Of a DNA stretch of 64,000 nucleotides, positions 38,900-48,404 are shown piece after piece. The stretch's first letter is position 1. Each line of letters opens with the position of its first letter. The position numbers and the translations under genes are program-made. Under the pieces are notes generated by a model. It was not told the origin of the DNA. It worked only from the letters and a program-made list of their open reading frames with translations, and made no database searches. The stretch is from an uncultured archaeon (lineage in GTDB: Archaea; Asgardarchaeota; Lokiarchaeia; Sigyniarchaeales; SOKP01). Location: contig CAZWEM010000015.1 of NCBI GenBank assembly GCA_964632315.1, positions 20,521 to 84,520 on the forward strand, given 5' to 3'.

Positions 38900-39718
38900 A
38901 TGATTTTCAAGGAAAAATTGATTAAAAACGCTAATTCGCGAGCAATGTTGATTTTTTTAGGTTCATATCTTTTCTCAATTTGCTTAACCATACCAATTCA
39001 CGAAATAGGACACGCAATAGCACTCTTAATCCTTGGGTATCCCGATATAGTGATACATGTGACCCCTTTTTATGGGACAACAACCACAAGCGCTAGTATC
39101 GCTATGGATGATATAATTTTTATCTCCGCCGCTGGACCAGTCTTTGATTTGATTTGTGCAAGTATGCTGTTAATAGGGCTTTGGCATAGAAGAAGTACGA
39201 ACCTATTACCTCTATTAATGTATGGTGGAACAGCATTTCTATTAGAGGGAATTGTCATGTTTAATACATTTTTTACCCGTACAATTTTAACCGATTGGGA
39301 TGCACTTATTTTTATGGGAATCTCTCCGATCTTTGTTGCTGTTTTAACTGGGATTGTATTAATAGCAGGCGCTTTGATGGTGTATCTTATATGGCCTCTC
39401 ACTGGTATTTCAGCACAAACTTCCTTTTCTAAAATACTTTATATCAATTTGGGCTACATTTTCTATGTGTTATTATCCCTTTTCTTCGCAATAGTAGTTA
39501 ATCTATCTTTCCTTCCAGAAATAATGTTTTTATTAACACTTAATTCAATAGTGGCAATTTTATTCTTAATTTTAAGGATTTTTGCATATAAACCTCTTTT
39601 TCCCTTGATAGATCGATTAACCCATACGGAAGTGAGTGATCCAACAAATAATTCCGTCTGGATTCCATTATTTATGGGTGGATTTACATTTTTCTTTCTT
39701 ATATTTTTTATTAATTAA
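38900..39718 (+). CDS. M50-like membrane metallopeptidase
   Basis: HEIGH, AAGP, TDW; multiple TM. Confidence 0.75.
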   Translation: MIFKEKLIKNANSRAMLIFLGSYLFSICLTIPIHEIGHAIALLILGYPDIVIHVTPFYGTTTTSASIAMDDIIFISAAGPVFDLICASMLLIGLWHRRSTNLLPLLMYGGTAFLLEGIVMFNTFFTRTILTDWDALIFMGISPIFVAVLTGIVLIAGALMVYLIWPLTGISAQTSFSKILYINLGYIFYVLLSLFFAIVVNLSFLPEIMFLLTLNSIVAILFLILRIFAYKPLFPLIDRLTHTEVSDPTNNSVWIPLFMGGFTFFFLIFFIN

Positions 39719-39799
39719 TCATAGGACTTTATCTTTGATTTTCACTGCTAAATGCGACAGTTCCCAGATTGATTAAATGATTATAAATGTCAAATTCAA

Positions 39800-39903
39800 T
39801 GGGAGGGGAGGGATTCGAACCCCCGACCACTTGGCCCCCAGCCAATTCGATCCAGTTTAAAGACAATAAACTGGCGTATCATACCAAGCTAGACCACCCT
39901 CCC
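39800..39903 (-). tRNA. tRNA-Pro(GGG) with 30-nt intron at 27/28 (39846-39875)
   Basis: Acceptor GGGAGGG/CCCTCCC-A; after splicing anticodon arm CTTGG-CTGGGGG-CCAAG; T-arm GGGGG-TTCGAAT-CCCTC; BHB-like intron. Confidence 0.93.
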
Positions 39904-40086
39904 TTTATGGGGAACGTTAAGTAAAAAGATCTAAAACTTTAGGGATGTTCAAGATACCTTTTCTTTGAAATAAAATTGTAAATTCTATTTATTTTTATTT
40001 ATCTTTTTAATTGAACTGATAATTTTTAAATGTCTTAGAGGGTTTTAATTCTTAATAGTTTTAAATATAATATATCTTGTGTTTTA

Positions 40087-40380
40087 ATGCGCTCTCGAAA
40101 ACCTTATTTAATATTTTGGCCTCAATATTTCGATGCTAAAAAGACTCGTGCTGAAGGTAGACGCATACCCAAAAAGTATGCTATAGAAAAAGTAAGTGCT
40201 AAAGATCTGGTAACAGCTGCAGGTAAATTAGGTTATACAGTTCAATTGGAATCGAGTTATAAATATCCGAGGTCCTGGTGGGATGAACCTGGTAGAGTTG
40301 TTATAGAGACTAAAGGGAAGAAAAAGTCGAAGGTTTTATTGGAAGTTGCGAAAGAAGTTAAAAAACAGCAATCTAAATAA
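40087..40380 (+). CDS. srp19: Signal recognition particle protein SRP19
   Basis: WPQYFDAKKTRAEGRRIPK, YPRSWW..GRV. Confidence 0.95.
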   Translation: MRSRKPYLIFWPQYFDAKKTRAEGRRIPKKYAIEKVSAKDLVTAAGKLGYTVQLESSYKYPRSWWDEPGRVVIETKGKKKSKVLLEVAKEVKKQQSK

Positions 40381-40397
40381 TTAAATGTAGCTTAAAT

Positions 40398-40775
40398 ATG
40401 CATGAATTCTCGTTCGCTTATCAAATCTTTAAGGTAGCAGAAGCTACGGCCATAAAGTATGGTGCTAAGAAAATTACTGAAGTTTATTTAGAAATTGGAG
40501 AACTCACTCTCATCGTTCCAGAATTGTTGAAACAATCATTCAAAATGGCAACTACGGGGTCCATTGCGGAAGGTGCTGAGTTAAAGATTGAGATATTACC
40601 CGGAAAGATAAGATGTAGGGAGTGTGATAAAGTTTCTACAGTTACTCTTACCGAAGAAGCGCAATTAACTGGACTTCAATTATTTCAATGCAAGTATTGT
40701 AAAAGCAAAAATACTGAAATCATTGAAGGAAAAAAAGCTAACGTTAAAAATATTAAAATCCAAGAAGAAGATTAG
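40398..40775 (+). CDS. hypA: Hydrogenase maturation nickel metallochaperone HypA
   Basis: MHE, IGELT, CREC...CKYC. Confidence 0.93.
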   Translation: MHEFSFAYQIFKVAEATAIKYGAKKITEVYLEIGELTLIVPELLKQSFKMATTGSIAEGAELKIEILPGKIRCRECDKVSTVTLTEEAQLTGLQLFQCKYCKSKNTEIIEGKKANVKNIKIQEED

Positions 40776-40801
40776 AGATTTTCACTTAATTTCTTTATAA
40801 A

Positions 40802-41521
40802 ATGCCAGAAATTCAAGTACTCTGGGAAGGAAGATTAGATCTCTCTCAAATTGCATGGGGTGACTCTTCGCTTCCAGAATTTAGATTGAATTCGAAACAT
40901 GATGTTAAAATAAACAAATTTTGGATAGAACATTTAGACACACATCCAAATGATTATGATGGGACCTTACTCTACCTTTATGATTTTATAATAGATCAAA
41001 ATAGTAATTTGGTTCTAAATACTGGAACCGTCAAATTCTCCACAATCATTTACATGTCCAATTTCAATTTTAAAATCAATAAGGGTATTGGAATGCTAGG
41101 TGTTCAATGTTTAATTTTTGACAGTAATAATAATTATTTATTAGTTGGTAGAAGATCCCATCATCAATCATACTATCCAGGAGCACTAACAATTCCAGGA
41201 GGAATGTTAGAATCCAATGATCTTAACAATCCACCTAAAATTTCATTAATGAGAGAAATTCTCGAGGAAGTGAAATTAAATTTTAATAATCACGTTAATC
41301 TCATTGCTATTCTTTCGGGCTGGAATGGTATTTCAGTTACATTTCTCCTTTCAACGGTTATTAATGACTTTTTGGATCCTTCTAAGAATTTAGATGGAGA
41401 TCAAGAGGAATGGGATGACGGACTTAATTGGATAACTATTAAAGAATTGCTTCACATGAATAATGATTCTCCAATTATGCTAGATGGTTTGCAATACTTC
41501 AAAACTAAAATAGAGTTATAA
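40802..41521 (+). CDS. NUDIX-domain hydrolase
   Basis: PGGMLE...LMREILEEV Nudix box. Confidence 0.8.
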   Translation: MPEIQVLWEGRLDLSQIAWGDSSLPEFRLNSKHDVKINKFWIEHLDTHPNDYDGTLLYLYDFIIDQNSNLVLNTGTVKFSTIIYMSNFNFKINKGIGMLGVQCLIFDSNNNYLLVGRRSHHQSYYPGALTIPGGMLESNDLNNPPKISLMREILEEVKLNFNNHVNLIAILSGWNGISVTFLLSTVINDFLDPSKNLDGDQEEWDDGLNWITIKELLHMNNDSPIMLDGLQYFKTKIEL

Positions 41522-41569
41522 ATATTACGTGCACAATCCTATAAGGATTAAAATTATGATAATGCAAAT

Positions 41570-41950
41570 TCATTGAATTAAAATTCCATTCAAAACGCCA
41601 TGCTGACCTGGGCGACTAGTTATCCTTGCTTTACCGATTTCAGTTTCGACAATAGCTCCTTTTGTTAGAATATGCCGCCTATTAAAATCTTTTGATGCAT
41701 CATTTTGTTCAAACCTCAAAATTTTCACTTTAGAGGTTTTATTCGAACTTGGATCAGTAACATTCATGAATGTAGAAGAGAATAGCTTTAACTTAAAGTT
41801 TCCCCCCATTGTTCTTTGTTTTTTCTTTTTTTCAGAACCGATCTCTGTTTCTATAGGGGCTCTTTCCAGTTCTCTTTTCCGTTTTTTACGAAAATATTTA
41901 TATTTTTTTCCAGTGTATTTTCTTCTACTACGTACTTGACTTCTTGCCAT
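41570..41950 (-). CDS. rps8e: 30S ribosomal protein S8e
   Basis: TGKKY...KRKREL, RTMGGN.K, ILTKGAIVET, TSRPGQHGVLNG. Confidence 0.97.
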   Translation of the reverse strand: MARSQVRSRRKYTGKKYKYFRKKRKRELERAPIETEIGSEKKKKQRTMGGNFKLKLFSSTFMNVTDPSSNKTSKVKILRFEQNDASKDFNRRHILTKGAIVETEIGKARITSRPGQHGVLNGILIQ

Positions 41951-42121
41951 AATAAAAAGACACTCGCGTGCAAAAATCTATTATGATGGATAATAAACAA
42001 TTAGTTTAAAATTTTGTGTTTGATTTACTTTCTTTATAATTTCTAAAAGTAAAATAAATATAGCACAACTTAATTTATAATCATAATAACCTTCAAAATA
42101 AATTTTTAACTGAGAGAAAAA

Positions 42122-42760
42122 ATGGAACATATTACTAATAACTTAAAGATTGATGAAGAAGCATTAAATAATGTAATCAAATCGAGTACAACTACCGTAG
42201 GGATAATTGTTAAGGATGGAGTGGTAGTTGGAACTGAAAGTCAAGCTACAGCAGGATATTTCGTTGCGACAAAGACAGCTCAAAAACTTTTCCAAATCAA
42301 TGATTATACTTGTGCTACAATATCTGGAGGAGTAGCAGATTGCCAATATGTCATCAATCAATTGAGAGCATTTTCCCGATTAAAGGAAGTAGAAGAAGAA
42401 AAAGTTCCTGAACCTAAATATATTGCAAGTGTAACGAGGAACATATTATTCAGCGGTCGTTCATATTACTTAGCAATGATGATTATTGGAGGGTTCTCAT
42501 TAAAAGAACAAAAAGGAAGACTATATGGTGTTGATTTGTTAGGAACTTTATTTGAAGAAGAGAACTTTATATCATTTGGAAGTGGATCTCCTTTTTCTCT
42601 TGGAGTGTTAGAATCCGATTGGAAACCGGGATTAACAAAGAATCAAGGTATAGAATTGATCAAAACAGCCATTTCAAGCTCACGGGAAAGAGATGCTGCT
42701 TCGGGATTTAACATTCAAATCTGTACTATTGATAAAAACGGATTTAATCAAGTGCAATAA
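42122..42760 (+). CDS. psmB: Proteasome beta subunit
   Basis: Propeptide then TTTVG, K33-equivalent AQKL, GGVAD, GSGS, RDAASG. Confidence 0.95.
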   Translation: MEHITNNLKIDEEALNNVIKSSTTTVGIIVKDGVVVGTESQATAGYFVATKTAQKLFQINDYTCATISGGVADCQYVINQLRAFSRLKEVEEEKVPEPKYIASVTRNILFSGRSYYLAMMIIGGFSLKEQKGRLYGVDLLGTLFEEENFISFGSGSPFSLGVLESDWKPGLTKNQGIELIKTAISSSRERDAASGFNIQICTIDKNGFNQVQ

Positions 42761-42771
42761 CTCTCTTTCTA

Positions 42772-43278
42772 CTAAGAAATTATAATATCGATTTTTTGAA
42801 CTTCATTTTCAAAATAAATAAATCCATTTATATCGTAATTTGTGGCATCAATTATTAGCCAAATTAGATTTTTAAAAGCCTTACTCGTATATTTACTTGT
42901 TTTTTCACTAAAATGATCCAGAAATGTCATATTATTTATATCCACTGAACTAGGATAGTTTCCCGATGGATGAGAATGAAAAATGCTAATTAATTGAGCT
43001 TTTTGAGTTGCGGATTGAATTTCTTCCATTATTATAGCATTTAATCTTTCCATATTTCTCATCAAGAAAGACACGGCTGAATTTTGATCAGATGGTATAC
43101 ATCTAGCTTTATTACCAATGTAATGATAAGAATAGTCATTATTGCGATAAATTTCTTCAATAGAGCCAAATATGAGACCGCAACACTCGTTTGGAGATGA
43201 TGAGTCAACACATGTTTTTAAATCTTCAACAATAAGAGCGTTTAAAACGCATTTAATATCTTTGAGCTTTTTAATGAT
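42772..43278 (-). CDS. JAB1/MPN (JAMM) metalloprotease, 168 aa; probable ATC (43278) or ATT (43275) start
   Basis: PNECCGLIFG (catalytic Glu) lies upstream of the track GTG 43074; HSHP..YPS..D JAMM motif; in-frame TAA directly before ATC. Confidence 0.88.
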   Translation of the reverse strand: MIKKLKDIKCVLNALIVEDLKTCVDSSSPNECCGLIFGSIEEIYRNNDYSYHYIGNKARCIPSDQNSAVSFLMRNMERLNAIIMEEIQSATQKAQLISIFHSHPSGNYPSSVDINNMTFLDHFSEKTSKYTSKAFKNLIWLIIDATNYDINGFIYFENEVQKIDIIIS

Positions 43279-43296
43279 TTATCCCTTGCTTTTTTT

Positions 43297-43989
43297 TTAA
43301 ATTAAAGTGAGAGCTGCATTTAATGATGCCAAACGAGATATTTTATTATTACTTCCTAATCCAATTATGATAACATCTCCTTTTTCAAGCTTACCATCCT
43401 CACTTGAGATTAAATTTTTTAAATATTTCAGTGTCTCTTTATTCACAGAATCTTTTTCATCGATGTTTCTGCCTGAAGAAGCTAGCGGGAAATTTAAGTC
43501 TTCCCCATCAAATTGCAAACATGTAGCGCCAGACCCAGAAGCCATGATTGCAGCATCTCTTTGTTCCACACCATATTTCATTTTATCAGAAGCATCTTTT
43601 ACCAAACAAATAGTAGCAACATTTTTTTCCGATTCAATTATGATCTCTTTTAAGATGCCCAAATCCCCTAAAGATAATAATGGTATCTTTTGTTTAAATT
43701 CATTGAGAAATAACTTACCCTTTTTAGTAAGAACGTGCCCACGTCTTCTATTTGATATAGATCCATCATCACCCATTACCTCTATAAATCTAACCTTATT
43801 TTTTAGCTTTTCAATTAATGATCTAGCAGTGCCGGATCCAATAAGCAACTCTTCTTTTAATCTATAACGTCCTATACCTTTAGGATTCGCATCAAAAACT
43901 AATAATGAGAGAAATACATGAGCACGAGTAAACGTGGGTTTTATTGTATCACTTTCAAAAAGGACATTTAATTCTTTACCAAATTGCAT
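43297..43989 (-). CDS. DUF4443-like winged-HTH protein
   Basis: IGRYRL..EL.IGSGTARSL, RRGHVLT, GVEQRDAAI..G.GAT. Confidence 0.75.
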   Translation of the reverse strand: MQFGKELNVLFESDTIKPTFTRAHVFLSLLVFDANPKGIGRYRLKEELLIGSGTARSLIEKLKNKVRFIEVMGDDGSISNRRRGHVLTKKGKLFLNEFKQKIPLLSLGDLGILKEIIIESEKNVATICLVKDASDKMKYGVEQRDAAIMASGSGATCLQFDGEDLNFPLASSGRNIDEKDSVNKETLKYLKNLISSEDGKLEKGDVIIIGLGSNNKISRLASLNAALTLI

Positions 43990-44118
43990 GCTTCACTCAT
44001 GTATATTTATGAATCACTTATAAAAAAACCATGAGGTAAAAAAAGATTAAAAAGTATAAGAATCTTTTTTAATATACCGACGATATATCGTATCTAATTT
44101 AAACATATTAAATACAAC

Positions 44119-45111
44119 ATGAACAGCGAAAGAAAACAGTCTAATGATGCAAACCTCAAGGGTTTAGTGGTATTCAATGAGGAAAAAAGCTCTAAAGTCA
44201 TTGAGCAAGAATCCATTTCTCTGGAGCATGTTGATCAAGAAGATAAAATTAAAATCATCCACGAATTTAAGCCTTTTGGAAGTTCCTATCGCTACACTCT
44301 ATTAATTGCCAACCAAAGTAAAGCTCCCATTTTGGAAGCTAAACTTAAGATACGTTTTCCCGAATTTGTAGATTTAATAAGGTGTCACCCACCAGAATGT
44401 GGTAAGCAATTGGAACAGATGGAAGACGGAGTAAAACAAATTAAAATTCAAGCTAATAAAATAGAAGCAAATTCACAAATTCAGTATAGTTTCTTTTTAA
44501 TACCTCTTTACTTAGACGCTGAGGGAGAAATTAGGTCTTTTCTCACTTTCGTAAACAGCCAAGATTATGTACGAGCTCTGGACTCAAAACCCATTTTAGC
44601 GATATTTAATCCAATCACACTTGAACGAAAAATACTCCCCACTTCTCAGATAAAAGCATTTAGTGAAAATCCTCAAAATAAGCGTGCAATACGAAGTATT
44701 GGAATCGCGAATAACGAAAAATTCGATCAAGACCTCTTTTTTCGCTTACTCCAGAAAGTTATGGAAGATCAAAATTATCAATTAATTACCAAAATCGAAA
44801 AGAGTCGAATAGCATGGTATTTTGGGATGGATTTAGTGTCAGGATTAGATGTTTTAGTAGTTGCTCAAATTACCAAGAATAAGATTGAATGGTTCGCCGT
44901 ATGTAATAATCCACATATCATTATATCAGTTTTGACAAAACTAGTTAACGAGTATATAGTCCTTCTTATCTTTAGAAAGTTAATTGAATCACCTACCCAA
45001 GTTTTTAACTTAGAATGTAAGAATTGTGGAGCAGTTCTACCTTACTTTCCAAAAAGGGGAGAATCAATTAGTTGTGATAACTGTAATACTCCACAAATTG
45101 TCTGGGCATGA
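44119..45111 (+). CDS. Hypothetical protein: Ig-like beta-sandwich, alpha/beta domain and C-terminal zinc ribbon
   Basis: Alternating beta pattern (YRYTLLIAN, LKIRFP, YSFFLIP, SFLTFV); CKNCG...CDNC. Confidence 0.65.
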   Translation: MNSERKQSNDANLKGLVVFNEEKSSKVIEQESISLEHVDQEDKIKIIHEFKPFGSSYRYTLLIANQSKAPILEAKLKIRFPEFVDLIRCHPPECGKQLEQMEDGVKQIKIQANKIEANSQIQYSFFLIPLYLDAEGEIRSFLTFVNSQDYVRALDSKPILAIFNPITLERKILPTSQIKAFSENPQNKRAIRSIGIANNEKFDQDLFFRLLQKVMEDQNYQLITKIEKSRIAWYFGMDLVSGLDVLVVAQITKNKIEWFAVCNNPHIIISVLTKLVNEYIVLLIFRKLIESPTQVFNLECKNCGAVLPYFPKRGESISCDNCNTPQIVWA

Positions 45112-45384
45112 TTATTTACTATCATTGAAAGTTCATCGTTTCAATCAAACTACACAATTGAAAAAATCATCTTGGCTAATTTACCAATTTGGCTACGAAT
45201 TAAGTTAAAAAAGGAATAAATGGGACGGATTTTCTTTTATGACCTAATCATTAATACTTTTTTCATTACTTGAACCATTATTTTTTACGAGTTGTAAACA
45301 ATATCAATTCTTAGTTTATATTGATTATACAAAAATATTGGACTATAGAATTTTTATATAATCATTTTTTCATATCAATTCTAT

Positions 45385-45894
45385 ATGCCAGCTTTAGCTC
45401 ATTTTGGAATAGCGCTTATGACCAAGCGGTTCACACCCCATATACCACTCTGGGTATTACTAATCGGTGCCATGTTTCTTGACCTATTATCTTTTGTATT
45501 CATTTTAGCTCCTTTATGGTCTTCTCATGGTCTTTTTATGGCTTTGGTATGGACAGGCCTTACAATGTCAATAACTTACATCTCGATAAAATCTTTAGAA
45601 TCTAAAAAGGAGAATAACGTGATGGTATGGGGCTTGGGGGGATTGAAAGTCTCTTTAATATTTGGACTTCTCGTATTTAGTCACTGGATATTGGATCTAA
45701 TTGGATGGCCAATGACTGTTATCAATCCAAATTCGATTGGAACGCCACTCCTTTTTGATGATGCAGTTAATATTGGAATGGGTGTATATAGCACCTGGGT
45801 TGGAGCATTATCAATGGACATAGGTGTATTTATTATAGGTTTAGTGGTTTATCTCTTTCATCTTAAAAAACAAAAAAATCTTGATGAGATTTAA
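45385..45894 (+). CDS. Membrane-bound metal-dependent hydrolase (YdjM-like)
   Basis: AH, LDL, WSSHGL, SHWILD motifs in TM helices. Confidence 0.7.
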   Translation: MPALAHFGIALMTKRFTPHIPLWVLLIGAMFLDLLSFVFILAPLWSSHGLFMALVWTGLTMSITYISIKSLESKKENNVMVWGLGGLKVSLIFGLLVFSHWILDLIGWPMTVINPNSIGTPLLFDDAVNIGMGVYSTWVGALSMDIGVFIIGLVVYLFHLKKQKNLDEI

Positions 45895-45994
45895 TTCTAA
45901 TCTCATTTTTCTTTTTTTATTTTCTTTAAACAAAGATAATCGTTAAGATTATGAATATCTTAGTTAGGTTTATAATAAGCATGTTCACTCAGGT

Positions 45995-47380
45995 TCAAGT
46001 TACGTCTTGTTTATTAATGGGAAATCGGGCATTAACTTTAATCAACCACTCATTTAATGTCCTGTTCAATAGATTTGCTCTTTCTGGTTCCTTAAGTGCA
46101 ATATTGTTTTTTTCGCTAATATCTTCTTTTAGATTATAAAGTTCTAAATGGCCATCCTCGTAAAATTTAATTAATTTATAATCATCGATTATAATTGATG
46201 ACCCTGGAGTACCCCCTTGATTTCCATAATGAGGAAAATGCCAATAAATTGAACCTCTCTTAAAATTTTCTTTAGCTTCGAGTATGGAAAAGAAACTTAC
46301 TCCATCACAATGTTGTTCAGGAATCAGAGATATGTCCGCCAAGTCTAAAATCGTTGGATAAAAATCCGGACTCGTAATAGGAGTATTTGATACCAATCCA
46401 GGTTTAACTTTTTGGGGCCAAACAATAATCAATGGCACTCTTGTTCCCCCTTCAAACATCCACCCCTTACCTTCCGATAACGGAGCATTACATGTTGGAG
46501 ATCCTTCTGCGGTAGATAGACCTCCATTATCAGAATAAAATATGATAATTGTTTCATCCTTTTTTCCAACACTTTCAACAGCTTTTATCAATCGCCCAAT
46601 ATTCTCATCAATTGAGAATATCATTGCTGCATACTTTGGATCTGACTGGATCACTCGCCTTTTAACTAAGTAATCTTTCTTATGAGTGCATGGAAACTTC
46701 TCACCAATTTCAAAAGGATTCACTTCCTTAAGTCCCATTTTTAACGCCTTCTTTCTAAAGTATTTAACATGCTCTCTTTTCGCTTGAATTGGAACGTGAA
46801 CGCTATAATACCATAAGTTAAGATAAAATGGTTTATCATCGCTGTTTAGGATCAACTTAATTGCTTCATCTGTAAGATGATCTGTAAGGTACTTTCTTTT
46901 TTCAGGGACTTCCTTAAGGGTTGGAATTCGCCACGGTGAGAAATAACCGTAAAACGGCAGCCCCCATTCGCAACCTCCAATATTTACTGAAAACCCATGC
47001 TTTTCTGGATAATATTCTTCTCCCCCTAAATGCCACTTCCCTACATGCCACGTAGAGTATCCATTTTCTTTCAAAACCGATGCCAAACTTTTTTCATCCA
47101 ATGAAAGATGATCAACATAGGATGGTTCAATGAGTTTCCCCTCTGTATCTCCCCCTATGAATTGTGTTAACCCCAAAGTAGCTGGATACTTGCCTGTAAG
47201 GATGCTAGCTCTCGTAGGAGAACATACTGGACAAGCAGCATACGCGTTAGTAAATCTCATCCCTTCTGAAGCTAATTTATCTAAATTCGGCGTTTCATAA
47301 AATGAACTTCCATAACAACTTAAATCCATCCATCCAAGATCGTCAATTAGAATGAATATAAAGTTTGGTTGCTTTTTCAT
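45995..47380 (-). CDS. Cys-type sulfatase (formylglycine-dependent)
   Basis: IDDLG, CSPTRASILTG, GKWHLG, SDNGG. Confidence 0.95.
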   Translation of the reverse strand: MKKQPNFIFILIDDLGWMDLSCYGSSFYETPNLDKLASEGMRFTNAYAACPVCSPTRASILTGKYPATLGLTQFIGGDTEGKLIEPSYVDHLSLDEKSLASVLKENGYSTWHVGKWHLGGEEYYPEKHGFSVNIGGCEWGLPFYGYFSPWRIPTLKEVPEKRKYLTDHLTDEAIKLILNSDDKPFYLNLWYYSVHVPIQAKREHVKYFRKKALKMGLKEVNPFEIGEKFPCTHKKDYLVKRRVIQSDPKYAAMIFSIDENIGRLIKAVESVGKKDETIIIFYSDNGGLSTAEGSPTCNAPLSEGKGWMFEGGTRVPLIIVWPQKVKPGLVSNTPITSPDFYPTILDLADISLIPEQHCDGVSFFSILEAKENFKRGSIYWHFPHYGNQGGTPGSSIIIDDYKLIKFYEDGHLELYNLKEDISEKNNIALKEPERANLLNRTLNEWLIKVNARFPINKQDVT

Positions 47381-47808
47381 AATTCTATTAAACTAACGGA
47401 TCATAAAATTTTTCATCTTTTTTTTGACTTTTTTACAAAAAATCACATCATTGATTTGGTGCATAATTATGAATTTCAACAATTCTGTATTTAACAAAAA
47501 TTGCTTTTTCTCTTAAAAATGCGACAATTTGCTCTAATATAATGCTCTATTGTATACCTATAACGGATTTGGAATTAATTTTTCTCCAAATGAATGTTTT
47601 GGTAAAATTTATGTAAGATGCACCAGATTGATCATTTACCTAGATCCGAATTTTGTCGTAAATTTTTTTCCCATTTTATCCTCTGAAATCATGGAGAGAT
47701 ACCAAAATCTTTAAATATAGAAAAGATATATATCTATGTAACTAAATCTCAATAAATAAATTATAGCATCAAAATTAATTAATAAATTAAAAGTGGAGGA
47801 ATGAAAAA

Positions 47809-48018
47809 ATGTCAGAATATATTAGTTGGAGTCCAATTAGGAGACTTATGAAACATAATGGCGCTATTATCGTTGCAAGAGATGCTGTTGACGAATTAGT
47901 TGATTGGATGGGACAATCAGCTGAAAAAATCACCAAAACAGCATTAAACTTGACAAAACACGCCAAGAGAAAGAAAGTCACCAAAGAAGACATCCAATTG
48001 GCAATCAAATACTTCTAA
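47809..48018 (+). CDS. Archaeal histone (HMf/HTk-type)
   Basis: PIRRLMK..GA..V..DA, HAKRKKVTKEDI histone-fold motifs; GGAGG SD; TTTAAATA box near 47710. Confidence 0.95.
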   Translation: MSEYISWSPIRRLMKHNGAIIVARDAVDELVDWMGQSAEKITKTALNLTKHAKRKKVTKEDIQLAIKYF

Positions 48019-48055
48019 ATATCGTGAAGATAGGTTTAAGAAGATTGCACTTTAA

Positions 48056-48071
48056 TTTTTTTCTTTTTTTT
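48056..48071 (+). terminator. Oligo-T terminator candidate for histone gene
   Basis: T-tract ~40 nt after stop. Confidence 0.5.
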
Positions 48072-48315
48072 AAATTAAATAATTGAGTATATAAAAAACT
48101 TGCACGACCTTAATTTATATCTACCACATTCCTTAAATTTTTAGCCAATTGAAAACCCACCGTGATTGATTTTTAGCATCGCTTTCTAAAATTTATTAAG
48201 AATCTCTGGTTCTCCAAGTCTCTATTCATGATTGTTTCAACACTATCTGCTTCTACAATCGAAATATGTACTATAATTTAGGTTTCACAAAATTGTAAAA
48301 AACTCAGCCTGGTTT

Positions 48316-48404
48316 AGAGAAAGAAAGTCACTAAAGAGGACATTTGATGTAACTTAAAAATTTTAGGACCCCCTAAGAGAAAGAAAGTCACCAAAGAAGA
48401 CATC
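48316..48404 (+). repeat. Two direct copies (48316-48344, 48375-48404) of histone-gene segment 47965-47994 separated by a 30-nt spacer
   Basis: Copy 2 is identical over 30 nt (AAGAGAAAGAAAGTCACCAAAGAAGACATC); copy 1 is 26/29. Confidence 0.92.

Noticed and set aside
43307-43867. 186-aa plus-strand ORF
   Set aside because: Entirely antisense to the DUF4443-like gene; shadow ORF
45109-45260. Open frame continuing past the TGA of 44119..45111 (possible Sec/readthrough)
   Set aside because: Protein ends naturally after its zinc ribbon, TGA is not at a Cys-motif position and no SECIS-like hairpin was recognised
47381-47808. Long intergenic region as replication origin or ncRNA
   Set aside because: No ORB-like repeats, no cdc6/orc neighbour and no GC-rich structured segment seen
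48173-48277. 34-codon minus-strand frame (IIVHISIVEADSVETIMNRD...) between histone gene and repeats, possible gene relic
   Set aside because: Too short, no canonical start or recognisable family; cannot be supported
48316-48404. CRISPR array interpretation of the 30-nt repeat/30-nt spacer
   Set aside because: Only two units, the repeat is histone coding sequence, it is not palindromic and no cas genes are in the window; kept as an unexplained repeat
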